From the NCBI GenBank assembly GCA_016839765.1, contig JAEOTP010000034.1, positions 36,606-100,605 on the forward strand: a DNA stretch of 64,000 bases. Direction: 5' to 3'. Below, piece by piece: positions 9,236 to 19,232 of this stretch. A model generated the notes under the pieces. The model searched no databases. It was not told the origin of the DNA and saw only the letters and a program-made list of their open reading frames with translations. The translations under genes and the position numbers were made by a program. The DNA comes from Promethearchaeota archaeon. Its GTDB lineage: Archaea > Asgardarchaeota > Lokiarchaeia > Sigyniarchaeales > SOKP01. Each line of letters starts with the position of its first letter. The stretch's first letter is position 1.

Positions 9236-10561
9236 TTAATCAAGTTTTGCGCCACAATTAGGGCAAATTATCGCATTTCTAAGAGTAGTTCCACATATTC
9301 TACAAAGATTTATTGTTTTTTTCTTAGGAGGTCGTAATGAGGTAATGGATATTTTATCTTGTGCTAATGTTGAAGTGTCAGAATCTTCAGAAACATTTAC
9401 CATGGAATTGGGAATTGCATCAATTAGTTTTGGTTTACCATTATTCTTTGTTGGTATCGTAATCTCTGTTCCAAAAAATCCACCTATACGGACTTTTTTT
9501 AACGAGGGTGCCTCATTTTCAACGGAGGTAGGTTCTGTTTTAATTTCTTCTTCACTATATACCTCATCAGTATATTGATCTGGAATTTCATCAACTTCAG
9601 AATATTCTTCTTCAGAAGGGATTTCAGTTACTTCTAATTCTTCTGGATGATTCTCTCGGTATATTAAATTTACAAATTCCTCATCTAACTTCAAGAGAGT
9701 ATCACATTGAACACATCTAAACAAATGCTTAAATCCTATATTATTAGCAATGGAGTATTCTGCCACGCAACAGGAATGATATCTGGCATTGCAATTAAAA
9801 CATTTATGTACTTCATCAGAATATGCGTCACATATTGGACATAATTCTTGTTCACATAGATCACATTTTTCTTCTTGTTCTGCATCTAAAGAGATTAAAT
9901 CAACGGCTAGTCTTTCGTAAAATACTTTATCTTCCTCCAAGATATATTCTGTATCATCGGTTTGAATTACATTAAACTCAGTCTTATTTTGTATTAACGA
10001 TCCTAAGATATTTTGAAATAATTTGATATCATTACAATAAAATACGCCTCCATGAGTTTCTGAGACAATGACTTTTAATTTAACATCATCCACATAAAAT
10101 TTTTGATCTCCTACCCTTATAATATCAATAAATGTATCAAATTTCCTGGCTTTAAGTAATAAATCATATAATGCATTATGATACTCTTCTGAGAGTGAGC
10201 TGGGAGTATCAGATATTATTATTATTCTGTAATTCTTTCTCGCAGTTCTAATCTTTCTAAAAACATAGGATAAGATTTCAAATAATCCATTCTCTAAATA
10301 ACTCTTTTGAGTTTCGCGAGCTTCCCAATATTCATCTAAAATATGTACTAATGAATCTGCTTCGTTTTCATCATATGTAGTTATGGGAGCTCCTTTTTCT
10401 TGAAATAAAACAAGACCATAAGAACTCAAACTATTGAATTTATCTTTATCTTTAATAAACGAAGTAATTGCTTTTGTTAATGTCTTCTTTTTCATAAAAT
10501 CTAATAGAAGATCAATGTAAAAAATGAATTCCTCTGAATTCACAGCCGCTTTCTTAAACAT
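9236..10561 (-). CDS. vWA-like domain + C4HC3 RING/PHD-like finger + C-terminal zinc ribbon (paralog A)
   Basis: FYID, YGLVLF, IIIISDTPS, FIDIIR, GGVFY vWA-like elements; CDLC/CPIC/CFNC-x4-HSCC/CVQC; acidic linker; terminal CRIC...CPNC. Confidence 0.65.
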   Translation of the reverse strand: MFKKAAVNSEEFIFYIDLLLDFMKKKTLTKAITSFIKDKDKFNSLSSYGLVLFQEKGAPITTYDENEADSLVHILDEYWEARETQKSYLENGLFEILSYVFRKIRTARKNYRIIIISDTPSSLSEEYHNALYDLLLKARKFDTFIDIIRVGDQKFYVDDVKLKVIVSETHGGVFYCNDIKLFQNILGSLIQNKTEFNVIQTDDTEYILEEDKVFYERLAVDLISLDAEQEEKCDLCEQELCPICDAYSDEVHKCFNCNARYHSCCVAEYSIANNIGFKHLFRCVQCDTLLKLDEEFVNLIYRENHPEELEVTEIPSEEEYSEVDEIPDQYTDEVYSEEEIKTEPTSVENEAPSLKKVRIGGFFGTEITIPTKNNGKPKLIDAIPNSMVNVSEDSDTSTLAQDKISITSLRPPKKKTINLCRICGTTLRNAIICPNCGAKLD

Positions 10562-10711
10562 CCCAACACCTTTCTTAAGAAGAAATTTATAATAAAATAT
10601 GAATAGGAATTTATTTAAACTAATAATAGAATTTTTATTTATTTTTATTGATCTTTCATTATTTCTGTTGTTTCACGAAAAATATTATACAGCTCTCCAA
10701 AATTAAGAAAA

Positions 10712-12097
10712 TTAGGTTGAAAAATTATGTCCACAATAAGGACAAGAGTTAATACCGACCATATTTTTGGTTAATTTTGTACGACATTCAGGGCAAATCA
10801 TAAAACTTCCTTCATCTTCATCCTTCTCTGAGTTCTTATTATTTAAAGATATACTAACATATGTTTTCTTGGCTTTTTTATCTTCATATCTTATTTCTGG
10901 CTCTAATAATTTATTTTTTTTTATTTTATCTTGAGTAGAATTGTGAGAAATTTTTTGATAGATTAATTTATCTCCTTCCTTTCTTACAGTGTATACCTTA
11001 CCAAAAAAACCGCCTATTCTTACTGTTTTTGGGTGGACCTGCAGAGTATCTGAAAATTCTAGGCTCTGATCTTGACTCTTATCTAAAAAATCTATTTGCT
11101 GATTAAATGATTCTTTAATAAGGTCTTCTTGAGTTTCTGTTACTGTTTTAATATCTTCGGTCTCGATATAATCTTCAACAGTTTTTATATTATCATCTTC
11201 AGGTTTGACTATATCATCCTGTTTGATTTTTAAAAGAACATCACACCTTGGGCATCTAAATATGTGAGGAATACCGATATTATGCTTGATTGTATAATTA
11301 GTGATACAACAATTATGAAATACACTCCCGCAATTTTCACACATAAGGGGGATATCATAAATATTAGTACAAAAAGGGCAGATATCTTTTTGACAAAAAA
11401 AACATTTTATTCCTATTTCTTCTTTTGTTCGTTTTAGCTTTTTTGCCAGACGGGAATAAAAATCATAATCTTCCTTTTTAATCTTTATTTTTACTTCTTG
11501 ACCTTCAATAAGACTTATTAATTGTTTAGGCTTCACTAACTTTTTTATAATGTTCATAAAATCTTTCTTATCATGGAGATAAAAAATACCTCCTTTAGTA
11601 TCACTTGTTAAAATATTTAACTTTACATCATCTTTAAAGAATCTTTCGCTCTTTTCAGAAATTCGTACAATATCTATAAAAGTTGGAAGATTTTTGATTT
11701 TTGATACGAGATTAAATAAGGCGTCAGTGTAATCCTCTGATAAATCACTTGGTGTATCTGTAATAACAATTATTCTATTTATCTTTGACTTTTTTCTCGT
11801 AGTCTCAGCGATATAAGAAAAAATATAGAAAAAGCCATTTTCAAAAAAGGATTTTTTTTTAGGACGCGTCCTCCAATTTTCTTCAATAGTATTTGCTATA
11901 ATACTAGAATCTTTTTTATCAATAATAAAGATTGGATTTCCCTCTTCTTGGAAGATTAATAACCCATAATGTCCTTTAAGATTACTTTTATTTTTTTCAG
12001 AAATATAATACTTTATTGCTTTAATTAGTTCTTTCTTCTTTAATATATCCTTTGTTAGATCTAAATAAAAAAAAATATCTTCATAAGAAGTTTTCAT
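10712..12097 (-). CDS. vWA-like domain + C4HC3 RING/PHD-like finger + C-terminal zinc ribbon (paralog B)
   Basis: Collinear with 9236..10561: FYLD, IIVITDTPS, DDVKL, GGIFY, CFFC/CPFC/CENC-x4-HNCC/CPRC, HNIGIPHIFRC, VRIGGFFG, CPEC...CPYC. Confidence 0.65.
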   Translation of the reverse strand: MKTSYEDIFFYLDLTKDILKKKELIKAIKYYISEKNKSNLKGHYGLLIFQEEGNPIFIIDKKDSSIIANTIEENWRTRPKKKSFFENGFFYIFSYIAETTRKKSKINRIIVITDTPSDLSEDYTDALFNLVSKIKNLPTFIDIVRISEKSERFFKDDVKLNILTSDTKGGIFYLHDKKDFMNIIKKLVKPKQLISLIEGQEVKIKIKKEDYDFYSRLAKKLKRTKEEIGIKCFFCQKDICPFCTNIYDIPLMCENCGSVFHNCCITNYTIKHNIGIPHIFRCPRCDVLLKIKQDDIVKPEDDNIKTVEDYIETEDIKTVTETQEDLIKESFNQQIDFLDKSQDQSLEFSDTLQVHPKTVRIGGFFGKVYTVRKEGDKLIYQKISHNSTQDKIKKNKLLEPEIRYEDKKAKKTYVSISLNNKNSEKDEDEGSFMICPECRTKLTKNMVGINSCPYCGHNFST

Positions 12098-12251
12098 GAA
12101 ATAAAAAACCTAGAACCTTTTAATTTATTTTAAGAAATTTATTTTTTAAATATTTATTATCTTCCAAAATTTTAAAAAGTAAAATTTGATATTACTTATT
12201 AATATAGGTGAATAAGGTTATTAGAAATAAGTAAATAATTAGTGCATATAT

Positions 12252-14177
12252 ATGGAAGATTTTTTAAAGCAAATCCAACTTTCGGAACATGCGATTAAAA
12301 TTTATCTTAATAGTTTAGGGAGGAAACCATTATCCTCAAATGAGTTGTATTCAATGGTCCCTACCCTTTCTCAAGAAGAATATTTAAATATCATTAATGA
12401 ACTTACTACGATAGGATTATTAATTCCAATTACCCCCCAATCATCAGGAATTTTAAACCAGTATTTGGCATTACCACCATTTAATCCAATTATAAACTAC
12501 TTAGAAAATATTAATAGTAACTTAGGTAGTATAAAAAATCAATTACATCAATTATTAGCCAATTCATTAACAAAGCTATTTAACGAGAATAGTATAATTG
12601 AAGTAGAAACTATTTTTAAAGCATTTAAAGATACAAAAAAAGATATTCAAGAAGAAACAATAATTCAAAAGCAAGAAGTTGAAGATATTGTTCAGGGAAT
12701 GGAAAATCTTAGAGTTATGGAAGCGGTATTAGAGGATCTACACCAAACGGTAAAAGGAATTACTCAAACTCAATTTGGAAATTTAATAAAGACAATCTCA
12801 AGTATTAAAGATGAGATTAATGTAAAAATTGGAAATTTAGAACTTAAAAAACATGAGAACAGTATAAAACAGGTTATAGAGGAATCATTCAAAAAAAATT
12901 TGGATAGAATGACTTCACAATTAACTGCTAATTTGCACAAACTCATAGAAGAGGAAGTGAAGAAGACAATAGAATCTTTAAACAATATTATTGAATCCAG
13001 TTTTCAATTTAGAGATGATTTCAAAATGTTATTACTAAACTCTTTAAATAATTTTGAGTTAAAATTGACATCTATTTTTGATTTACTGAAAAATAAAAAA
13101 GAATCTCTATCCAATGATTTAGAAGAGTTTCAAGAGACTATACTTAATAATTTAGAGAACATCATAAAAAATTCTGTTGATTCAATTGCAGCTTTAAATA
13201 ATCCAATAAAAAATGTCATGGAAACCTATAGGAATTTGATAACACCAGAAAAAATAAAGATTGAAAATATTTGGGCAGTTAATAATATCTTAAAAGTTGA
13301 TGAGGAAATCATAAATTTAATTAATAGATCTAAAAAAAAAATACTATTTATCGTTCCAAATTTAGAGGGTCATTTAAATGATCGGCAATTTAAGACTGCA
13401 TCCAGTAATCTCAAAATAAAAATCGCTTCCTCAGAGGCTCAAACAAATAGTAGTGCTAAACAACTAAAAGGAATTAAAAATCTTGATTATAGGACTCTTA
13501 AGAATGATAATATCTTTATATTAAAATCAGATAGTGATTATTTAGTTATAGGTATTAGAATTGAAACAAGAAATAAATTAGATGACTTTATCGGTTTTGG
13601 TACAACTTATAAACCTATTATCCAGTTAATGGACCCCGCTATAGATTCAATCTGGAATAAAGCAACTTCAGATTTACATCAAGCTCCAAAATCAATTGGT
13701 ATAAGTACTTCAATGGGAGAAAAATCATCTGGTACAACCTCTAGCACACCTGATATTAAAATTCCAGTTCAAAAATTTACTCCAACACCAATAAAATTAC
13801 CAACCACAAAAATTAGTACAATTCAACTACCACAGCAAGAAGTCCCTTCTCCAAGTATAAATTTATCTCATCAAATGGAACAGCATTCAGATTTTATTGT
13901 AAAGGTACATCCTAAAGCGGGAGATGAGGCAGGTTTTTTGATAAATAATGCATTTAACACATTAATCCAAAAATTAGGGACCCTAAAAGGCGAGGAATTT
14001 AGTATAGAGCTACAAAAAGTTGCTGACCTAATTTTAGAAAATAAGGGTTTTTCAGTTACCTTACATAAATTACGAAGTACAATTAATCAATATAAAGAGC
14101 AGATAGATCTCTTAACCCCAAACGATGTAAGACAAATAATTGAAAAAATTGAAGAATGGAAAAGCCATATTCTATAA
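12252..14177 (+). CDS. TrmB-like wHTH + long helical/coiled-coil region + PLD/TrmB-effector-like domain + Pro/Ser/Thr linker + helical C-terminus
   Basis: N-term LSEHAIKIYL...INELTTIGLL..YLALPP; heptad-rich middle; IINLINRSKKKILFIVP. Confidence 0.5.
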   Translation: MEDFLKQIQLSEHAIKIYLNSLGRKPLSSNELYSMVPTLSQEEYLNIINELTTIGLLIPITPQSSGILNQYLALPPFNPIINYLENINSNLGSIKNQLHQLLANSLTKLFNENSIIEVETIFKAFKDTKKDIQEETIIQKQEVEDIVQGMENLRVMEAVLEDLHQTVKGITQTQFGNLIKTISSIKDEINVKIGNLELKKHENSIKQVIEESFKKNLDRMTSQLTANLHKLIEEEVKKTIESLNNIIESSFQFRDDFKMLLLNSLNNFELKLTSIFDLLKNKKESLSNDLEEFQETILNNLENIIKNSVDSIAALNNPIKNVMETYRNLITPEKIKIENIWAVNNILKVDEEIINLINRSKKKILFIVPNLEGHLNDRQFKTASSNLKIKIASSEAQTNSSAKQLKGIKNLDYRTLKNDNIFILKSDSDYLVIGIRIETRNKLDDFIGFGTTYKPIIQLMDPAIDSIWNKATSDLHQAPKSIGISTSMGEKSSGTTSSTPDIKIPVQKFTPTPIKLPTTKISTIQLPQQEVPSPSINLSHQMEQHSDFIVKVHPKAGDEAGFLINNAFNTLIQKLGTLKGEEFSIELQKVADLILENKGFSVTLHKLRSTINQYKEQIDLLTPNDVRQIIEKIEEWKSHIL

Positions 14178-14221
14178 TTAATAAACTTTTAATATTTTAA
14201 TGCCTCTAATCTTACAAAACA

Positions 14222-14986
14222 TTAAGAGGATTTCTTCTTCTTAAAAAGATTTAAAAAGAATCTAAATAAAATATACCCTACTAAGCTAAAGAAAGAGATT
14301 GCGAAGAATAAAGCTACGATTATTGATACTATAAAATTTGGATTTATAATTCCAATTATTCCAAAAATTGGGCATAGTGGAGCAATTAGGATAAAAAGTA
14401 CATAGATTGTTTTTCCCTTCTCCCCAAAAGTAATATGTATAGTAATATTAAACCATCCGATTAAAATCATGAAAAATGGTGTTGCATAATAAACAATTTC
14501 TAGAAAGGGAACCCCCATTCCGCCCATTGCAAAAGTATAAAAATAATTAGCATAAAAATAGGTAATTATTAATAAGGCACTAGCAGGTGTAGGAACCCCT
14601 GTAAATCCTGTATCAGTAGATATATTAAATCTTGCTAATCTTAACAAAGCACCTAAGGCAAAAAGAATACAACCCACTAATAAAAAATAATCATAAGGAG
14701 TTCCGGTTTTAAAAGCTTGAAATGTTAATATAGCGGGAGATATACCAAAGGTTAGGCAATCACTTAAGGAATCTAGTTCTCTTCCCATCTCATTTACCGT
14801 CCCAGTTTTTCGAGCGATATAACCATCAATTAAATCTGTACCTATTGAAATAGAAATTAAGAAAAATCCAAAAGAAATAGCATCACGTGTACCTATACAA
14901 GCAGAAATAAGAGAAATCAATCCAAGAGTTGTTCCAATCAGAGTAATATAATCTTTTAGCTTTAATAAACTTGGTATGGTAGACAT
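14222..14986 (-). CDS. pssA: CDP-alcohol phosphatidyltransferase (archaetidylserine synthase/PssA type)
   Basis: DLIDGYIAR...GRELDSLSD..FGISPA, LRLARFN, FTGVPTPA. Confidence 0.85.
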   Translation of the reverse strand: MSTIPSLLKLKDYITLIGTTLGLISLISACIGTRDAISFGFFLISISIGTDLIDGYIARKTGTVNEMGRELDSLSDCLTFGISPAILTFQAFKTGTPYDYFLLVGCILFALGALLRLARFNISTDTGFTGVPTPASALLIITYFYANYFYTFAMGGMGVPFLEIVYYATPFFMILIGWFNITIHITFGEKGKTIYVLFILIAPLCPIFGIIGIINPNFIVSIIVALFFAISFFSLVGYILFRFFLNLFKKKKSS

Positions 14987-15131
14987 GATAATATAATTTA
15001 AATTCCTATTATAGTAATTTAAAGCTTATTTCTATTATAAAATTTCCTTAACACATAAATAAAGGTTTATAGATTCTCATTAAATTTATTAAATTATATT
15101 ACTTTTTTTTGATCAATTAAAAGAACTATAT

Positions 15132-15914
15132 TTGGTAAAAATGTATTGCTCTCACTGTGGTATAAAAATAAAAGATACAAATCAGAAATATTGTGAAGAG
15201 TGTGGAAGTGAATTAAAGAAAAAATTTGAAAGTAAGGAATCTGAATCAAAAACAGTAAGCACTACCCCTGAACCAGAGCAACTTAAAGAAAGTGGTTTAT
15301 TTAATCTAGATCGATCTTATTACTTAATCAAAGAACGGATGTGGGACATGGGATTTGGTGACATAATGGATGAGAAGGGGAAGTTAATTGGAAAGATGAA
15401 TAGGATTATTTTTAGTATTAGACGCAGGGTAGAACTTCAGGAAGTTGATGGAACAGTTGTTGCTACAATTCATAGCAAAATTCTCTCAGCTCGAGGTGCA
15501 CAGGATTTAAAAGATCCCGCAGGAAATATGATTGCAAGGATAAAAAGGAAGATACTGACATTTTTCAAGCATAAATTCTATTTGGAATCGCCAGATGGCA
15601 CGAGATGGTATGAAGCTATCGGAAACTTCATGGGTTGGTCATTTAAAGTCTATGAGGTTGCTACAAATAAGTTAATCGCTGAAATTGAAAAAGCAGATAG
15701 GTGGCGGGATGTATTTCTGGGAGGCATGTTTGATTTTGCAGATACTTACGCATTGAAAATATTGGATAATGAGACTGATAGGAGAATATTACTAGGATTT
15801 GTATTATCCATAGATAATGTTCTGCATGATACAGCGGGAATGGGCCCAGGTTTCAGACCTGGTCCAGTTTGGCGAGGCCCCTATCGCAGGGGTAGATTTC
15901 CTAGACCACTCTAG
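15132..15914 (+). CDS. Zinc ribbon + LURP-one-related/scramblase (Tubby C-like) domain protein
   Basis: CSHCG...CEECG; IARIKRKILTFFKHKFYL, GNFMGWSFKVY, ADTYALKI..LLGFVLSID. Confidence 0.75.
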   Translation: MVKMYCSHCGIKIKDTNQKYCEECGSELKKKFESKESESKTVSTTPEPEQLKESGLFNLDRSYYLIKERMWDMGFGDIMDEKGKLIGKMNRIIFSIRRRVELQEVDGTVVATIHSKILSARGAQDLKDPAGNMIARIKRKILTFFKHKFYLESPDGTRWYEAIGNFMGWSFKVYEVATNKLIAEIEKADRWRDVFLGGMFDFADTYALKILDNETDRRILLGFVLSIDNVLHDTAGMGPGFRPGPVWRGPYRRGRFPRPL

Positions 15915-16164
15915 ACTTTTTTTAACGTTATTCTGAAAAAGTTAGATACCTTTTAAAATAATTAATTTGAATTACTTATAAGAAGTCATTAAGGATAAAA
16001 TATTATTGAATAATGAATAATAACAATTTTGCCATAAATCCAATTTAATCGATTAAATAAATTTTTATTTAAGTAATTTTATATTTTGGTAAATTGAACA
16101 TACTATTAAAGTAATCTATTTCATAATATCGTTTCAAACGAATATTAGAATTTGGTAATAAGTT

Positions 16165-17031
16165 ATGGCAGAAGCATACGATGAGTTCATTGTATTTGAT
16201 TTAGAGAATACAGGAGAACGTAGAAAACTTAAAATAAATCAAGAAGAACTTCAGGATCATTTAAATCCCGAGCAAGTGCTTATTATTGTTCGTGAAGATT
16301 TAAGGAGAATATATATTTGGAAAGGTTCTAAATCTCCCGTAAGAAAACGTTTTATTAGTTCAAAAGTTGCCCAAGAATTGCAGAAAGAACTTACGCATGA
16401 TCCTCGTTATCATAGATGTAAAATAGTATCTATTGACCAAGGGGATGAATTACAAGAATTTCTTAATGCATTTCGCTTAGAATCGATGATAGTAGAAGAA
16501 CGATTACCAGATATGCATTATATTAGAAATATTGAAAGGGAAAAACTAAAAGAAGCTGAGCGTCTTGTTAAAGAGAAAGGAATGAGAACGGTAGAACTTG
16601 AGAAAGAATATTTTTCTCCAGGATTGGTAGATAGTAATAGTGACGTAGTCATATCTTCCTTCGCTATGGGTAGTCCAATAGCGAAAGCTAAATCATCTCA
16701 AAAGGCAAGTTCTTTTTTAGCTAGGCGATCTTTTGGATTCTCAGAAGAAGAAAAACAAAAAATTAAAGAAAAAATTTTAGATTTGAAAATTCCTGAAAAC
16801 TATGTGAGACAAAACTTAATTTTAGGACATACACTTTATGGAGCAGTTTCTAAAGTAACAGATGTATTTGGGAAAAATGTGGTTGATATTGTATGGGAAG
16901 AAGTTAAAAAGGTACCTAAAGGTGTAATGGAATTGGATAATAATAAATTTAGAGTATATTTTGATGAAAAAAAAGGTATAGTAGAAGCTGTTGAGGTATT
17001 AAAGGAAAAGGAAACTCCAAAACAAAATTAA
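16165..17031 (+). CDS. Single gelsolin-domain protein with C-terminal extension
   Basis: LNPEQVLII...RIYIWKGSKSPVRKRF...IVSIDQGDELQEFL matches the gelsolin repeat core. Confidence 0.8.
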   Translation: MAEAYDEFIVFDLENTGERRKLKINQEELQDHLNPEQVLIIVREDLRRIYIWKGSKSPVRKRFISSKVAQELQKELTHDPRYHRCKIVSIDQGDELQEFLNAFRLESMIVEERLPDMHYIRNIEREKLKEAERLVKEKGMRTVELEKEYFSPGLVDSNSDVVISSFAMGSPIAKAKSSQKASSFLARRSFGFSEEEKQKIKEKILDLKIPENYVRQNLILGHTLYGAVSKVTDVFGKNVVDIVWEEVKKVPKGVMELDNNKFRVYFDEKKGIVEAVEVLKEKETPKQN

Positions 17032-17177
17032 AATCAACCATCTAAACAAAAAGAGGAATAAGCAGAGTTAGATAAGAAATCAAACAAAAGAAAGAGATCA
17101 ACGCCAATTAAATGACAATTACCGAAAATTCTTATCGCTAGGAATTAACTTATTTAAAAAAATATAATTATAGAGAT

Positions 17178-17930
17178 TTATAAGCTATAGAAATCATTAT
17201 CTTCAGGTTCTATTTCCTTAAGAGGCTGTTCTTCAGGTTTTTCATCTTCAAATTCTTCGATTTCAGGTTCTTCATCTTCAAATTCTTCGATTTCAGGTTC
17301 TTCATCTTCAGATTCTTCGATTTCAGGTTCTTTATCTTCGGGTTCTTCGATTAGTTTATGTTCTATTTCTGGCTCTATCTTTCTTTCATAATCAACTCTT
17401 TTCTCGAGCTGTTCTTTAGGTTTATTCATCTTTTTTATTTTTTTTAATCCTTCTATTGCCTCTTTTCTAACAATAGGACTTCTATCTTTTAGGGCTTTAG
17501 TTAATATATCAATAGAAATAGGATTATGTTTATTTCCTAATTCATCCGCAGCCTCTTTCCTTACCAAAGCATCAACATCGTTTAAGAGGATATAAGTTAA
17601 AATGCCAAGTACCTCAGATTCTCCTAAATCTCCAATTGTATCAACAGCGTCTCTCCGAACGTCTGCATTTGGATCTGTCAATGCTGTTTTTGCTAATTCT
17701 ATTAAAGTTCTATCTGAATCTCCTAAGGGTATAATACTACTTAAATCGACTCCACAGAATTTACAAAAATTATGATTAATTTTAATAACTTTTCCACATA
17801 TAGGGCAAATACGGTTAAGTTCAAAATCAATAGGGTTATCCTTTGGTTTCATCGGTTTTGGTGTATTTGTGGGAGGATTTCTTACTCTATAAGGATTTTC
17901 TCCCGATGGAGGATTATAATTTCTACCCAT
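17178..17930 (-). CDS. Zinc ribbon + HEAT-repeat protein with acidic repeat tail
   Basis: CPICG...CKFCG; DPNADVRRDA, DVDALVRKEAA, DRSPIVRKEA; EPEIEE(F/S)EDE repeats. Confidence 0.8.
   Translation of the reverse strand: MGRNYNPPSGENPYRVRNPPTNTPKPMKPKDNPIDFELNRICPICGKVIKINHNFCKFCGVDLSSIIPLGDSDRTLIELAKTALTDPNADVRRDAVDTIGDLGESEVLGILTYILLNDVDALVRKEAADELGNKHNPISIDILTKALKDRSPIVRKEAIEGLKKIKKMNKPKEQLEKRVDYERKIEPEIEHKLIEEPEDKEPEIEESEDEEPEIEEFEDEEPEIEEFEDEKPEEQPLKEIEPEDNDFYSL
17232..17352. repeat. 30-bp coding tandem repeat, about 4 copies
   Basis: Unit TTCAGGTTCTTCATCTTCAAATTCTTCGAT with few substitutions. Confidence 0.9.
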
Positions 17931-18086
17931 TTTTTATTATCTCACTTTTAATGAATATCTTTATCTTCTTTTAACTTATGATATATATGAATTAGACACT
18001 TAATTAAGTTATTGTAGTCCAATGTTTATTTGAAAATCTAATAAAATAGAAAATAAAAAGTGAAAAAATTTTATAATTAGGCTTTC

Positions 18087-19148
18087 TCATGCAATAGTTA
18101 TATCTTTACATAAATATACATCTTGAACAGCATTTAAAATTTTAATTCCTTCATGGGTTGGTTTTTTAAATGCTTTTCTGCCTAGGATAAGTCCCATACC
18201 ACCAGAACGTTTATTAATGACAGCTGCTTTGACAGCATCTTGAAGATCATTCCCTCCTGATTCACCACCAGAATTAATTAACCCTACCCGCCCCATATAA
18301 CAATTAGCAATTTGATATCGATTCCACTCTAAAGGATGATCTTTAGCTAGTTTTTCATACACTAGTTTATCTGTTTTACCAAATTTAAGATCAAGAAAAC
18401 CTCTACTAGTCGTAGAAATTTTTTGTTTTATAATATCAGCTTCAATTGTAACACCAATATGATTTGCTTGGGCTTCTAAATCATTTGCGGTATGATAATC
18501 TTTTCCATCTTTGACAAATTCTTCTTTATTTCTTAAGTAACACCATAAAACACATACTAATCCGAGTTCATGGGCATATCTAAACGCCTCACTTATCTCT
18601 TGAATTTGTCGACGTGCCTCTAATGAGCCAAAGTAAATGGTAGCGCCAACAGCCGCAGCTCCCATTGCCCATGCTTGATCCACATTAGCAAATAGTGTTT
18701 GATCTGAAATTTCTGGTTTTGTTAATAATTCATTGTGATTAATTTTTACTATATTGGGGATTTTTCGGGCATATTTTCGACTCATTATACCTAAAACTCC
18801 AAGAGTAGAAGCTATAGCATTGCACCCTCCATCAATAGCTAGCTTTATAATATTCTCTGGATCAAAATAAGAGGGATTTATAGCAAAACTAGCTGAAGCA
18901 CTATGTTCAATACCTTGATCAACTGGTAAGACGGAGAGATACCCTGTTCCTGCTAATCTACCTCGTTGGTTCAACAAACGTTCCATATTTCCCAGTACAA
19001 TATTATTGCGATCGGAATGTTCCCATACTCTTTCAATAAAGTCTGGACCAGGGGTATAAATCATATTCTTTGGAATTCCAGTACAACTATAACTCAATAA
19101 TTCATCTGCTTCTGGTCCAAGTAGATCTTTTATTTCGTTAAAATTCAT
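18087..19148 (-). CDS. fbaB: Class I fructose-bisphosphate aldolase (DhnA/FbaB type)
   Basis: [55 protein letters not shown]. Confidence 0.92.
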   Translation of the reverse strand: MNFNEIKDLLGPEADELLSYSCTGIPKNMIYTPGPDFIERVWEHSDRNNIVLGNMERLLNQRGRLAGTGYLSVLPVDQGIEHSASASFAINPSYFDPENIIKLAIDGGCNAIASTLGVLGIMSRKYARKIPNIVKINHNELLTKPEISDQTLFANVDQAWAMGAAAVGATIYFGSLEARRQIQEISEAFRYAHELGLVCVLWCYLRNKEEFVKDGKDYHTANDLEAQANHIGVTIEADIIKQKISTTSRGFLDLKFGKTDKLVYEKLAKDHPLEWNRYQIANCYMGRVGLINSGGESGGNDLQDAVKAAVINKRSGGMGLILGRKAFKKPTHEGIKILNAVQDVYLCKDITIA

Positions 19149-19232
19149 TATAATATCATCTGATTTAAATTTAAATTGATTTTTATGAATTAAAGTCTAA
19201 AAGTTTTTCTTAATTGATATTTTTTATCACAC

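Noticed and set aside
17232-17352. CRISPR-like periodic repeat
   Set aside because: Contiguous in-frame coding repeat with no unique spacers and no cas genes
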